From: Hormiphora californensis
Taxonomy: Eukaryota > Animalia > Ctenophora
DNA length: 64,000 nt
Direction: 5' to 3'
NCBI GenBank assembly: GCA_020137815.1
Contig: CM035357.1
Location: 2,232,001-2,296,000 of the forward strand
Shown: piece after piece, positions 1-12,300 of the stretch
How the letters are laid out: each line of letters begins with the position of its first letter
How positions within the stretch are numbered: position 1 is the stretch's first letter
The notes under the pieces: generated by a model
Databases searched by the model: none
Told to the model about the DNA's origin: nothing
The model's input: only the letters and a program-made list of their open reading frames with translations
Translations under genes and position numbers: made by a program

Positions 1-170
1 AGTACTAGTGATGATATGTAAGAACGGTTTAGGTGAAAGTTTTAAAAATGGGGGAGGGGAGAATTGAAAACACTTTTATAATCCTTGATTATGATACTGA
101 GAACTCTCACCTGGTTATTGACTACGATAGTCGATACTGGAGTTTAGTAAAATGGATTTGTTTCACTCAC

Positions 171-859
171 CTTCCCTCACATATCAGTACGATAACTCTC
201 GTCAAAGATTCCTTCACCCGAAGCAGGGTGTTCACCAGCTCGGGTGTCCGTGACGCTTTGAACCCATCCGCCAGCTTTAGGTTAAAATTAGTGCTCTGCG
301 ATGCGAGCAGCTTCTGAAGGGTGTTAGCACCGTTTACCCCGTACAGGGTGTCAGAGGAAACAATGGATAAATCCATCCAATGGTAGTACTTCAACAAATC
401 AATAATAGCGGCCGCTTGAAAACTATCATCCGGACTCAGTTGTATAATGTTGTTCCTAAGACCGCTCCGCAGGTTTGGATCTGTCCCCCTGACCGAGATA
501 AGGGGCACATTTATGGGACTGAGAATGTCTGCCATTGTTGCGATTTGGTTGCTTCCATCAGGGGAGACGACCGTGACGACGCTCTGATCGGCCATCCAGC
601 ATGTCGTGTCAACTAACCCATACAACGAATACGCATCATATGTCTTGAACACGACATCAAGTTTTACAGTTGTTGAGTTGGTATTGAAGAAATCCTCAGC
701 AAAACTGGCCAGTTTCCGAAGGGGTTCAATATGGACGTTTTGATCTGACACCATGAAACCAATCTTGAAGGACTCTGTGTAGACTGTCCTGCCGTAGTTA
801 AGCATGGTGTTATGAAGGGGAAGCAGGACCGCAAGGAGAAGAGATAGGAGGAGTGTCAT
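171..859 (-). CDS. First coding exon of a receptor with signal peptide and ANF-receptor/LIVBP-like amino-terminal domain, most likely an ionotropic glutamate receptor; gene continues beyond the left edge
   Basis: Hydrophobic N-terminus MTLLLSLLLAVLL. Motifs VVSPDGSNQ, VPLIS, IIQLSPDDSFQAAAIIDLLKYYHW, SSDTLYG and RVIVL match the ATD of GLR/iGluR/class C receptors. Acceptor tctctctccacag at 878-890, donor AG|GTGAGT at 170. Confidence 0.75.
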
Positions 860-2644
860 TTTAGGAGAGGGCGTGTACTGTGGAGAGAGATGGAGTCATG
901 TTTACGTTTTATAGTGGTGATGGATTTAATTGCTACAGGTGAATTGGTTCCGTTATTGCTATAAATAATATATCAAGGAATAATATTATCTAAATTATGC
1001 AGAATTATCATCAAGCCACCGCATTATATATATAATATAATAATATATATAATAATATATATTATATGTCATCTAGAATAGAATGCGGGAAATATAAGGC
1101 TCTGGATAATGGTCGAATAAGGCTCGATATAATGGTCGGATCACTGCGACTTCAGTAGAAAGCTGTCCACTATTATAGGCAGAACTAATGGGCGATAGTG
1201 ATAAATTAGTGCCTGCAATAGAGACTGTTTAGGCTACAACTCGGACAACTCTGACAGTACTGCATCTCACATAACATCTCTCTGCTGAACAACAACACAA
1301 CAACAACAACAACAATTGTCCTACAGTTTGTTGTTGAAACGGAGCTAACAAAGGGAACAAAGCTTGTCCCAACATCTCCCACAGCAAGCTCACTGTTCTG
1401 TGATACTGAGGGGGACAATGGGGCTCTGTAACGTAGTATACAAACTTGAACTGCAAATATGAAGTAAGAGCTGGGGATGTAAAACAATGCGTCAGTTGTA
1501 AAAACACTCTCACCGCTTACAATTACTTTGAGGGTCGAGCCAGCCAAACAATTACCTCAAAAACTCTTCTTTTTTAATTGTAATTTTTCTCCTCTCTTTT
1601 GCTTTCAATCTTTGTCTCTCAAACTACGTTCTCTCATCCTAAAGAGTGTGATATCACACACAAAATAACATATACGGTACTGAGTGTGACATAACAATGC
1701 AATCACAAAGTAAAATATACAGACAGCTGACAGACAGGAAGACGGAAACTTATCATTACGATGTTGTGTATCTTTAATCTTTTATTCTCCCTATCTCTCT
1801 GTCATTCTCTTTCTCTGTCGCTCTCTTTCTGTCTCTCCCTCTCTTTCTTCTTTATATCTCTCTAATTCGTCTCAAGTGTGTATTTAGGAATCATTTTGTG
1901 CATTCTTACTGGACTGAAACGACTCCTGCCGCGTGAGAATTATTTAGGGTCGAATTGTATTCTCCACACAACATTCAATATTGACTTTAACACACAATAT
2001 GCAAGAAAGGGTTGAATGGGTACAAGACTACAAGGCCAGGACAATGCAATAATGGTGCGAGAAATTAATATAATGGCATTAGGACAAAAGATCTTTGGCC
2101 CACTGGTACGCGATAACTGAGAGGCAGTGGGATATTACTAAAATTAATAAATACTCAACTACAATAGGTTCCCATGGTCTTCGGTTAGATAGCTATGAAA
2201 TTAGGATACACCGGCAAATCGTGATTTGCCGGATACCTCGACTCTAATTATTAAATTTCGATTATATCACCCTTTTATTCTCTGCGCACCGTACGGGAAG
2301 CAAACGTAAAGGAGGGGTAGAATAAAGCAGTTTTAAGTGAGAAGGCCCTTAAAAATTTACTCGATAAAAAAGAAATAATGGACTAAGACTTTAGATACAG
2401 TAAAACTAACAAGCTGTTCCCGGAATCGTGACGGATCAATTGACCTGAGAAAAAAAGAGAGAAAGACAAAGGAAGAGAGGGAGAGATATTATATAGAGAG
2501 AGATAAATATAGAGATAGAGAGTATAAGTTATGATCAAGGACTCTTTCCGTTTGTTGGACATAATGGTCGAAATTACTTCGCGACAGCTTGTGGCCTTGT
2601 GGGAGAATCTCTCTCTCTCTCAATCTCTGTCTCTGTCACACACA

Positions 2645-2720
<76 letters not shown>

Positions 2721-3311
2721 CTCTGTCTCTGTCTCAGGTCTCTGTCTCTGTCACACCCCCCCTCTCTCTCTCTCATTTCCAGGTTGGGTACCAGTGTCCG
2801 CGAAGGAAAACGACAGATCGATTGATTTGGCTTTTACCTCTTTTGTCCGTTTTTTAGTTGAAAAGAAACTTAACCTACAAACCAAACAGGTTGGTAATAA
2901 TAACAAGTGTATAATCATGGTAACACGTGATAATGTTAATATTAACAACTCATTTCACCACCTTATCTACGACTATTCAACTCATGGCTAAATATTTTCA
3001 ACCTACACTGAACACTCATTAGGTTGGTTTCTATGTTTCAAATACATCACCTCTCTCGGCTGTCCCCTCATCCCGTCACTCACTTAGCACAGTTTCATCG
3101 AAGGTTTCGTATCACGTGTTTTTGTTATCACTATTATGTTAAAAAATGGTAACATAACTTATCACATAATATTTTGTTTTTACGACCTACAATCACCGTC
3201 ATTTCATCGACCAACTTTACCCTAAACTATTCCACTTCACACTGTCTACCACTACAAAGTATTTAAATGAAAGCAGCTGTGTTTCCTAACGGTCAACACT
3301 CAAGCATCTAG

Positions 3312-4674
3312 GTTACAAGGTACCAATACCGGGTGTGGCACCCCAATTTGTACCCCCTAAGACGGCTGCTACGAGACTCAGAGAGGCCGAACCAGTCAAG
3401 AAAGAGGAGGACCATAAAATAAAACTCATCCAAAATGTAAGTTGGTTTCTGTCAATGACAGACTGTCATTGCACTAGTCTACTTCATCAGCGAGTCTTCA
3501 AATTATTAGTCCTGGGGACCCCTGACCCCTGTTGCCTTGTTCTACCCTCTGTTTGAACAAAGCAAGACCCCTGAGCAGCTGAGCTAAATTGAGGGAGGTA
3601 AGAATTCCACTATTTCAGGAAGCGGTCGATAGTGAGTTTATGGCCCTAAGAAAGAATGTTGATAAGATAGAGAGAGCTAACAGAGATTGGGCGATTGCGT
3701 ACAGGTTAGAATAATGTGGATTGTGGTTCAGGCGACTTGCTCTCCAACCAACAAGGCCCATAGCCCATCCATGGATTATCTCAAATCCAACTTATCTGAT
3801 GGGCGCGCGTTGTTTTTTGCGATAAAAGTACTCATTGTTACCAGCGTTTGTTCCTTTGACTTGGTAGCGCGCACCTGTAGTGTACATTTGTGTACTTGTA
3901 GACCCCCTCTCAGAGTACACGAAATGTACACTTTTAGCCACCCAGCATATTCCACCCCACAGGAGGTTCTGTAAGACTGCAAAGAGGTATTGTATGTTTG
4001 AAGATGGTGCGAGTATGGAGGATTTTGTTTTGACCCTCAAAGATGCCCTTCCCTCTCCTGATTGTTTGACGGCTGAGGAGTACCAAGGTTTGCTGATAAA
4101 CTGTCAGAGCATTGGCCTGATCCTATTCTGAATTGCGGTCAGAGAATTTGCCTGACATGATAAAGGACAGAAAATGATATTTAGAATACTCTATGAAAAT
4201 GTGATTAATTTATCTATTCCTACCACCCAGGTTGGATCAAACTAAATCTAGATGAAGATGCAGTTGATTCAGACGATGTTTCTGATGATGTTCTGGAGGT
4301 GGTTGACTCATTTAACTACGACCTTGTTCCAAATGCAGTTTATGTTGTTAACACAGCACACACAGCACTGGTGAGCTATATTTCCAACTGTCTGGCACCG
4401 CCAAACTCCGTTTTAACAGTGTGCTCAAATCGGGTTGGCGCCGCCAGACAGATTTCCAGCGAGATCCTAAAGACTCGTTTAACTCATCTCCCTCCCACAG
4501 GTTGAGTTACGAGAGGCCCGGGAGCGCCTCCTCTCCCTGCACGTCCCTCAGAACTCCGTGGAGGTGGTTAGAGGGAACAACAACATCCTGGCATCTGTCC
4601 AAGAGAAAGGAGAGAGGGTACAGGATGAGGTGAGACGAATGAGGAAATGTGTTGATCTGGCTGTGATGTGGTGA
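3312..4674 (+). CDS. Uncharacterised multi-exon protein (exons approx. 3312-3436, 3619-3703, 3902-4087, 4231-4370, 4501-4674); start and one junction unresolved
   Basis: Open exons bounded by GT/AG join in frame at three junctions: KIKLIQN|EAVDSEFMALRK, AEEYQ|GWIKLNLDED and AHTAL|VELREARERLL...LAVMW*. The phase between the 3619 and 3902 exons does not match, and I recognise no family. Confidence 0.55.
4388..4451. mobile_element. Representative copy of a ~65-bp palindromic mini-element (CTGTCYGGCGGCGCC...GGCGCCGCCRGACAG)
   Basis: Related copies or ends at about 4683-4753, 6428-6465, 13258-13272, 25334-25569, 31231-31296 and 40800-40812. Confidence 0.7.
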
Positions 4675-5365
4675 GGATGTGTGTCTGAGGCCGTCACACC
4701 CCGTTTTGAAATGACAGGCAGTACACTTTGATCGGGTCGGCACCGTCAGACAGGGCGACAACAAGGCCCAATGTAATGACAGACATAGTAGTCAGAAACG
4801 GGTGGGACATTCAGAAGGAATTCAGAGACAACCTCCCTATTTGCCAAAGACTGATATTATGTTTGAATGAGACTGATATGCAACTTGTAGAGACGAAATA
4901 GTGACATATTCTACTTTTATGCTGATTTTTACTGATGATGATGATAGTCACTGTCATTGATAGTGCATATAATATTGATTTGTACCGTGTAAATTCCTGT
5001 AAATACCCAAATTCCACTTGACCAAACAAACCAAAACAGCAAATCTTCCAATTTGTAAGAAAAAATACCAGCAAAATGACACTTGGACGTCTCAAAACTT
5101 AAACTAAACAATAATTGTCTTTGTCTCAATCACTCGCTCTCTAAACATAGTTTCTCTCTAACCGTCTCTCTCACGCACACACTCTCTCACCGTCTCTCAC
5201 ACACGCACACACTCTCACTCTCAGCTCCCAGTCCCAATTGTCTTCCCCATCTACCACATATATCTTCAACTGCGCTATGGTAATATCGCCATGAATTCAT
5301 ACATGATATCCGTTCAAATCCTATAAAGGTCACCCCTTCTCAGAGCTCCCTTCTTAGATCTCCCT

Positions 5366-8097
5366 TCAAAGGACGGCTGTTTGCAATACCTCGCTCTCCT
5401 GCAACTGTTGCCTTGATCCCTGGTGCATCTTGTTGTACAGCGAGTTGAGGGAGTGAGGAAGGTCCCAGTTCGAACTATCGGGCAGCTGGGTCGCAGCAAC
5501 CATAGCCAGCGCTGTCACACTCAACACCATCACCACTACAACCACGTGGGATGCAGCGAGAGAGACCATGACAGAGGTTACTAGGACTCCAAAAGCGGAT
5601 GAAGCGAGACCGAGACCAAGAAGGAGTGGTCGGAGGGTGGTGGGTGCTATTTCAGAGGTCCAGAGTGCCAGGGAGAGTCGAGCTCCTACCACACTGAATT
5701 TCATGCCAACTAGAACGGCACCTCGTTGTACACTCCACTCGTCGATCACGGAGACAGTGAGGAGGGAGAGGACTGTTGTAGCGGCGAGGAGTCCACAATT
5801 TATCATGAAGGCCACCTTCCGGCCAGTCAGGGTACAAAGGAGGGTTCCGCCAAGGAGAGCGGCGGGGACTTCAGTAGCAGCGGCAACTAGGAAGTTTTGA
5901 TCAACATAGAAATCGGTTGGTTCAGGACCGTACCTCCGGAGAGATAGGTGAATGTAGTAGTATACCATGCCGACCAGGAACCAGTGAACCATGAGGAGCC
6001 ACCCGATACGTCGGAATCTGGGTTGGAAGAGGGAGACAACCTTCTCTCGGGTTTTAATACTGGGTAGAGAGAGGGTGCAATCCGGGAACCGACACCCGTT
6101 TAGGATGGAAATGCGTTTTAGCACAGTGGTCGCTTGGTCTTCCTGTCCTTTAGCCAATAACCTGTGGGAGAAGAGACGGTAATAGCAAATTATAGTTAGC
6201 ATGACCCTATTATACCAGGAAAATTGGGATGTGGAAACCAAATTGATTGTAATTCTGAGTGTGATTTGTACTTCTTTTGTCAAGCAAGTTTATTATTTAC
6301 CAATAGGGTGACTCAGGAACTGCTGCATAAACAAAGATGAAGGTTAGAGAGACAATTCCAACGTATACCATCTTGTATCTCCAGTACTCAAACCTGAAAA
6401 GGGCGGTGGGAGTTTAGTACCAAAACTCTGTCCGGCGGCGCCAACCCACATTTTAATCCTCAGATCACAGGGTGTTTTATAATAGCACCAAAACCGAAGT
6501 TTTTTTAGTAGTTATTAGCCGATGTGTTTAGTTTTAAGAATGTGCATGATGTCATTCATTGTCAGCTACTGTTGTTGTACTAGGGTGTTGAGGGGATTAA
6601 TTGTTAGGGCAGCTGCTGGGAGACAATTAACACTAGTATGTAGTACTAACTTTCGACGTGCAATAAAACGTGATAAAACTTGTCAGAAGAACTTGCCTTG
6701 TTCGACCGTCTCTCTCTCTGTTAGAACTTAACAAAGAAGAACGAGAATAAGGGAGTTTTCTCCAAACCCGCGGGGAGAGAGGGTCGAACAAGGCAATGAG
6801 TTTGTGATTTCAGAGATACTGAGAGAAAATAAAATAAAATGCATACTATGTTACATAATATAACACTGTTTCTTACGTCATATTGATGAAGTATACAACT
6901 GCCAATCCAGCGCTCCAAAATAGGGCCTGAATTCCCACTGCGAGGGGCCTCCATTTTCTCCCCACTAACTCCATTGCCCAACAGAAGTAGAGAACCTCGT
7001 AACCCGCTATACTAGCACCTGGTGAGGTGGAGTGGGTTAGGGATCGGGAGGGAGTTAGGGAGAGGAGGGATGAGGGAGGGAGTTAGGGATAAGGGAGGTG
7101 GTTAGTGTAGAGGTTAGGAATGGAAAGGGGGAGGGGTAAGGAGTGAACAGGTGGCAATTGTACCAATGGTTCAAGTACAATTATTGTACATGACCATCAA
7201 TTTTACAGGAGGGAGCACTTACCTAATAGAATACGGAGGATAACAAAAAGAATATATTCCCTGCTTGCTGCAGAGATCACACTAGCCACCATGGATGTCA
7301 GGAGAGCAGAGAGGAAGGGAGTTTTCCGGCCAGTTGACCACCCCATAATACCAAACACAATACCTCCCAGCAGAACTCCCGGAATGAAGTAGAGAATCTT
7401 AGTGACGATAGTTTGACTTCCACACGCCTGGAGGAGTGGTTTGAAGGAGTGGTTTGAAGGGTTGGTTTGGTCATGGTCGACATAAATCTATATTTTTCGT
7501 TGGTGGGGTTTCGCTGTCAGGTATTGGAAATGTTTCGATGATGATTGTCGAGTTATGGGAAGTTACGGGAAGAGATACATACCTTAGAAGTATACAAAAA
7601 CCGTGCTGGTAGACATACCTGATCATAGTCAGTAAGAGCGGTATGGTTTCCATTCTCCCAACTCCACTCTTCCCTCTCGATCTTCTTGATAGCCCGGCAC
7701 AGGGTGACCATATCGTAACTCGACTTGCCAATCACCATCCCAGTTTCGTTGGCACACTGTTGACTGATACAATACCATCGGCCGTTAGCTTCTACGAAAG
7801 TAGTAGAGAGATTCTGGACGGCAGCGTAGAGTGATCCTCCGATACTGATACATAGAATGAGGAACACCTGACAGGGACATTAATAGGGGAGGTTTGGAAC
7901 TTGAGTTCGATTGACCCGGGACCCCCATCCGTATAGAGGTGCAATGTGCATCGCGTGGGGATCGCGTGTAAGCACGAGAGAAACAACTCAAAAGTGGGGG
8001 AATTCTCCCAAGATAAAACAGGGTTAGCAGAGAAAGTAATCAGTACCTGATATCGTCCGAATCCCCCGATTTTCCCCATTATTTGGTCAATGTGCAT
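5366..8097 (-). CDS. SLC22/organic cation transporter-like MFS protein (exons approx. 8097-8047, 7867-7619, 7427-7223, 7018-6876, 6393-6301, 6161-5366)
   Basis: IDQIMGKIGGFGRYQ N-terminus, large first loop ending in DYDQ|ACG, G..TGRK loop, ELVGRKWR, VPESPYW|LLAKG, second GRK and SEIAPTTLR motifs. Exon phases join correctly. Confidence 0.9.
6692..6796. mobile_element. Inverted pair of a recurrent terminal motif TTGCCTTGYTCGACCCTCTC (second small repeat family)
   Basis: Motif or its reverse complement also at about 3532, 19531, 22605-22625, 35648, 42141 and 58348. Confidence 0.55.
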
Positions 8098-8834
8098 GGC
8101 CGGTTTTGCTTTGGTTGTTGCCCGTGAGGTCCTTTCTCTACTGGATGACACCTCTCCTCCACCCTGGAGAAGACAGAAGAGTTGTTAATTATCAATATCA
8201 TGACGTCATTGCATGGGGGGTTCTGTGACGGGTTTAGGATGACGTCTCGCGCCATAGGGAAAGACAATCGTTTGATGTAGGAATCTCTCTGTATTTTTGA
8301 TTGTTTGGCTATCTGTCTATCTTTCTGACTGTCTGTCCGTCCGTCTGTCTGTCTCGTTTTACCTCTTGAGGATCGTCTGCCATTGTGGCTTCCGGTGCAA
8401 TCTTCAGCTCTCTCGAATCTACTGACCACTGCTGTTACTTTTGGGAAAACACGTGTTACTTAGGGTTTTATGGATAGGATATAACTATCAATATGGAAAC
8501 TTATGTCATAGCGAAACAAATCAAGACCGGCCGATCAAATAACTAGTATCTAAATTTTAAAACAATACTCCTTCTCCCAATTAATTTTTATCAAAAGCAA
8601 TTACGAGTGTTTATGATGCACAAAAACATGTAATCTGTAGAATAAATTCGGAATTAGAAGCACGGCATACAAGTAAGTATTTAGTAATTGTGGAGGATTG
8701 TCCGCGTGAGACAAAACTTTGCAGTAATTAATTTGACCATCATCATCATGGTTGCAGAGTGCTAGTGATTGTGTGCTTACTAAATACTGGACAAAGTCCC
8801 CTAGGTCGAGTGCGGTAACATGCCAATAACGTGC

Positions 8835-8885
<51 letters not shown>

Positions 8886-9246
8886 TAAGTTTAAACTTTA
8901 AAGTAAAAGATAACACTTAATTTCTATTAGCATCGGAACAAGCTAGCACACATCTTCATTTTGTTAAAAAACTTGGAATGGAACGTTGTACTGGCTCAGT
9001 ACTACTGAGTCAGATTAACTGACCCATACAACTACTGTCAGGCATCACGTGGAGCGAGGATAGTGGTCTGGCATCGCACTGACAGTATAACTGGCGTTCA
9101 GTCCTCTGCCCCAAAATTCGCATCAACATGATATATGGAAATATTCTATAGAGAGCTAAGCTACAATATCATCAAATCTAGAACCATATATCTATCTTTC
9201 AAGAACCATATAAGAACAGAGTGAATTGAAACAGATAGAAAGAGAT

Positions 9247-9322
<76 letters not shown>

Positions 9323-12300
9323 AAAGAAGAATACAGATCAAATGCACCCAATCTCATTGTCTCTCCCCACAGACCCATGATGCAGCTAGTTGTACCCCCC
9401 ACCCCAGTAGTAGAATATAATTACATAGAACGACCCCCCCCCCCTAGAACGAGTCAATGTTTCGTAGTAGTAAGGCGAGACTATAATAATATCAAAGACA
9501 GGATATTTAGGATACTACTAATGACCCCCTTGTTCTTTCGGCATATCCGACTGTACTTCGGTAGGCAGGGAAAATATACTCTTTCTGTTTTGTAACAGGT
9601 ATCTGGCAGACTAAATGTCGAATTTAGCCTAATCATCGGATAGTGATACACTGTAACCGATACTGTTACAGTAAACAATAGATGGAAGAATTAGAATTAG
9701 GAGATGGTAAATAATTACGAGATGGTTAGATAGATCTCCGAAAATGGAAAATACTACATCAAGGTATAGTTTTTAGACTGCAAACTGAATATTTAAAGTT
9801 TAAACTAGCTCGATCCGGTATTGAAAAAGCAGTGCTGGAGAGCTCAAAAGTGAACTGTACACAAAACTCACAAAAGCTCTTTCTAAAATTATGATAAATC
9901 TCGGAATACATAATGTTGTTTGAGATCAATGCACAGCCCGCAAGAAACTGCATATATTTATAATACAAAGATCTTGCCACGATCCTCTCTCTCCTATACA
10001 TACTTCAGGCTTCCATTCCCTCTCTCCCTCTCTCTCCCCCTCTCCCTAGGATCCCTTCTGCAAAAGGCGTGCCTAATGACGCAAACATGAGTCCATGCAC
10101 ACATACCCTCAGTTCTACCGCACGGTATCGTGCACCGGATTTGTCCATGTGGTGTGGATCATTTAGCTCAAAGATTGCTATATCAGACAGCTTTGTCATT
10201 ATGACAATCATGGCCGGGTGTAACCTCAGAATGAGAATTTTATAGCCGGCCCAAAAGCCGTTTTCAGGGTCGAAAAGTCAAAATATCTTGTTCATTTCCA
10301 GAGAGAGGATCTGCCTGATCTGAGTTCTAGACAATAGAACCCAGCTCCTAATCAAAATTATGAAATGACCAACATAATTGACTGGGTGGAGGGGGGAGGG
10401 ATAAAGGGGGAGAGGGGGGTAGAGAAGAAAGAGGAGGGGGAAAGAAAGAGAAGAGGAGAGAGAAGGGGAAAAAGAAGAGGAGAGATAGAGAAAGAAGAGA
10501 GAAAGAAGAGAAGGGGGAAAAAAAGAGAAGAAAAAAAGAAGACGGGAAAGAGGAAAGGAAGAGAAGAGAAGAGAAAGAGAAGAGGAAAAAATCTCTGGTA
10601 CACAAAGGATTATAACGGCGGAGTGAAAACAAAAGAAACTCAAATTTAGGGGGAGGGGGAAAGAAAGAAAGGGGCCCAATCCTACCGCGTTAAAACCTCA
10701 CTTTGGGGAAAAAGTATCAGAAAGGCAACATTTAGGGTATGATCATGATTCTCACCCAAAAAAGGGCTTTCCACAACCAAATTGGGTCCCCATTCCTCGG
10801 AAAAACAACAGATAAAAAGATTTGAGAAAAGAATACTATTGTATGGGAAATACCGGTCAGAGTTGGTTCAAAATATCCCATTTCTTTATAAGTGGGGATC
10901 ACTATCCTTGTTAGGGCAGATTACAATTTACAAACAATGTACGTGAATCTATTTGATCACAGCTGTCGCTGGATCTGACCGTATATCTACAGAAATAACT
11001 GAATGGTTGGAGATATTGTAGTACGGGGTGACAAACAAGTGTGGCGGAGAGAAACACTGAGAGAGACGAGAGAGAGAGATAAAGCAAATCGAGCGATGAG
11101 AACGAGCTAGTCGACAGAGCTCGGTCGCTGAGCGTCTAGCGAGCAGATACTACGCAATAGTTAATGTTATTGATGACCACAACTACAACTCCCCTAAGCT
11201 ACACATTCAGATGGTGATGGTCTGTATCGTACAAGACCAGTCAAACACAAGCAGATTTAGAGATCTCATACACACTCGCCACCAGCCACATCCCAACCCC
11301 TGGAGCCGGGAGATACTGGTGAAAGAGTCTAGTTTTTGGGCACCGTTTGGCCAAAATGTCAAAGCCCCGGCCTAACCTTATTTCTCAATATCCCAATATT
11401 GAATATCATATATGATATATCTCTTTCTGGCCTATCGCACTGTTACGTTGTAAGGTGATGTGTACCAGTGTATCACATCTGCAGCTGGAACCGCCAAGTA
11501 GGTAACGAAGGGATATAATTTCGTTACCAAGCCGCCATGGTTGTGCTGTCAGCAATTAGGTGACATAACACGTGTAATTTATTAATATTCTACACTAGGA
11601 ATGAAGCGGTGGACCCGCCCCTACTGCAGTCTTTATTTTAGTACTCAACGATATAAATTAATAAGCTAGTGGTAAATATTAGCGGCAAGATGAACCCTTC
11701 ATTTCTAGCTACTTTAGCAAATGAATAAAGTATAATTAATATTAACACTAACTTGCAGCATTTGTTTATCTGAAAAAAACAGTACTCATACACACAACTG
11801 AGAACACACACGCACTCTGTAATACAACTGTGTTAATAGGGCGTTAATTGTCAACTACATTCCTTCTCTTCTCTCACAATTGAGTCAAGGCAAGTCGGTA
11901 TTCAACATCCCCCTTCTCTGTTCCTGACTAGCTCACTGTCTCTCTTTCTACTACTACCCCACCTGTTCCTGACTACTAGTCAGACTAGCTCACTGTCTCA
12001 TTAATTCCCCCTTCTCATATCACGACTGTCTAAAGCTGTCTAAAGGTGGAGCTCAGGCTCCGGACAAGCAAAACACACATACAATGCTCAGAGTTTCCTT
12101 ACCATGTGTTAATTATTACTCGCCTTCTCTCTCCTCTCTCTCGCGCTCTCTCTCCGTCTCTCGTCTGCTCTCTCCTCTCGTCTCTCGCGTCTCTCGGGTC
12201 ATTCTCTCGCTCTCTCTCTCTCTCCCTTCCATCGGTCCCGTCTCTGCCCCTCCTCTCTCTCTGGCCCTCTCTCTCTACGTGCGTCGCGCGCCTGAGGTCT

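Noticed and set aside
111-180. Apparent 34-nt intron and 26-nt micro-exon after the receptor exon
   Set aside because: With the best donor (170) the micro-exon contains an in-frame stop. It works only with a weaker donor (180) or an indel, so the structure cannot be supported.
2531-2991. ORFs with SLSLSL/ERERER runs here and throughout the ORF track
   Set aside because: Translations of (CT)n/(AG)n microsatellites.
8950-11600. Scattered exon-like segments between SLC22 and GLRX3
   Set aside because: I could not assemble a consistent frame or recognise a family, and the sequence quality is doubtful.
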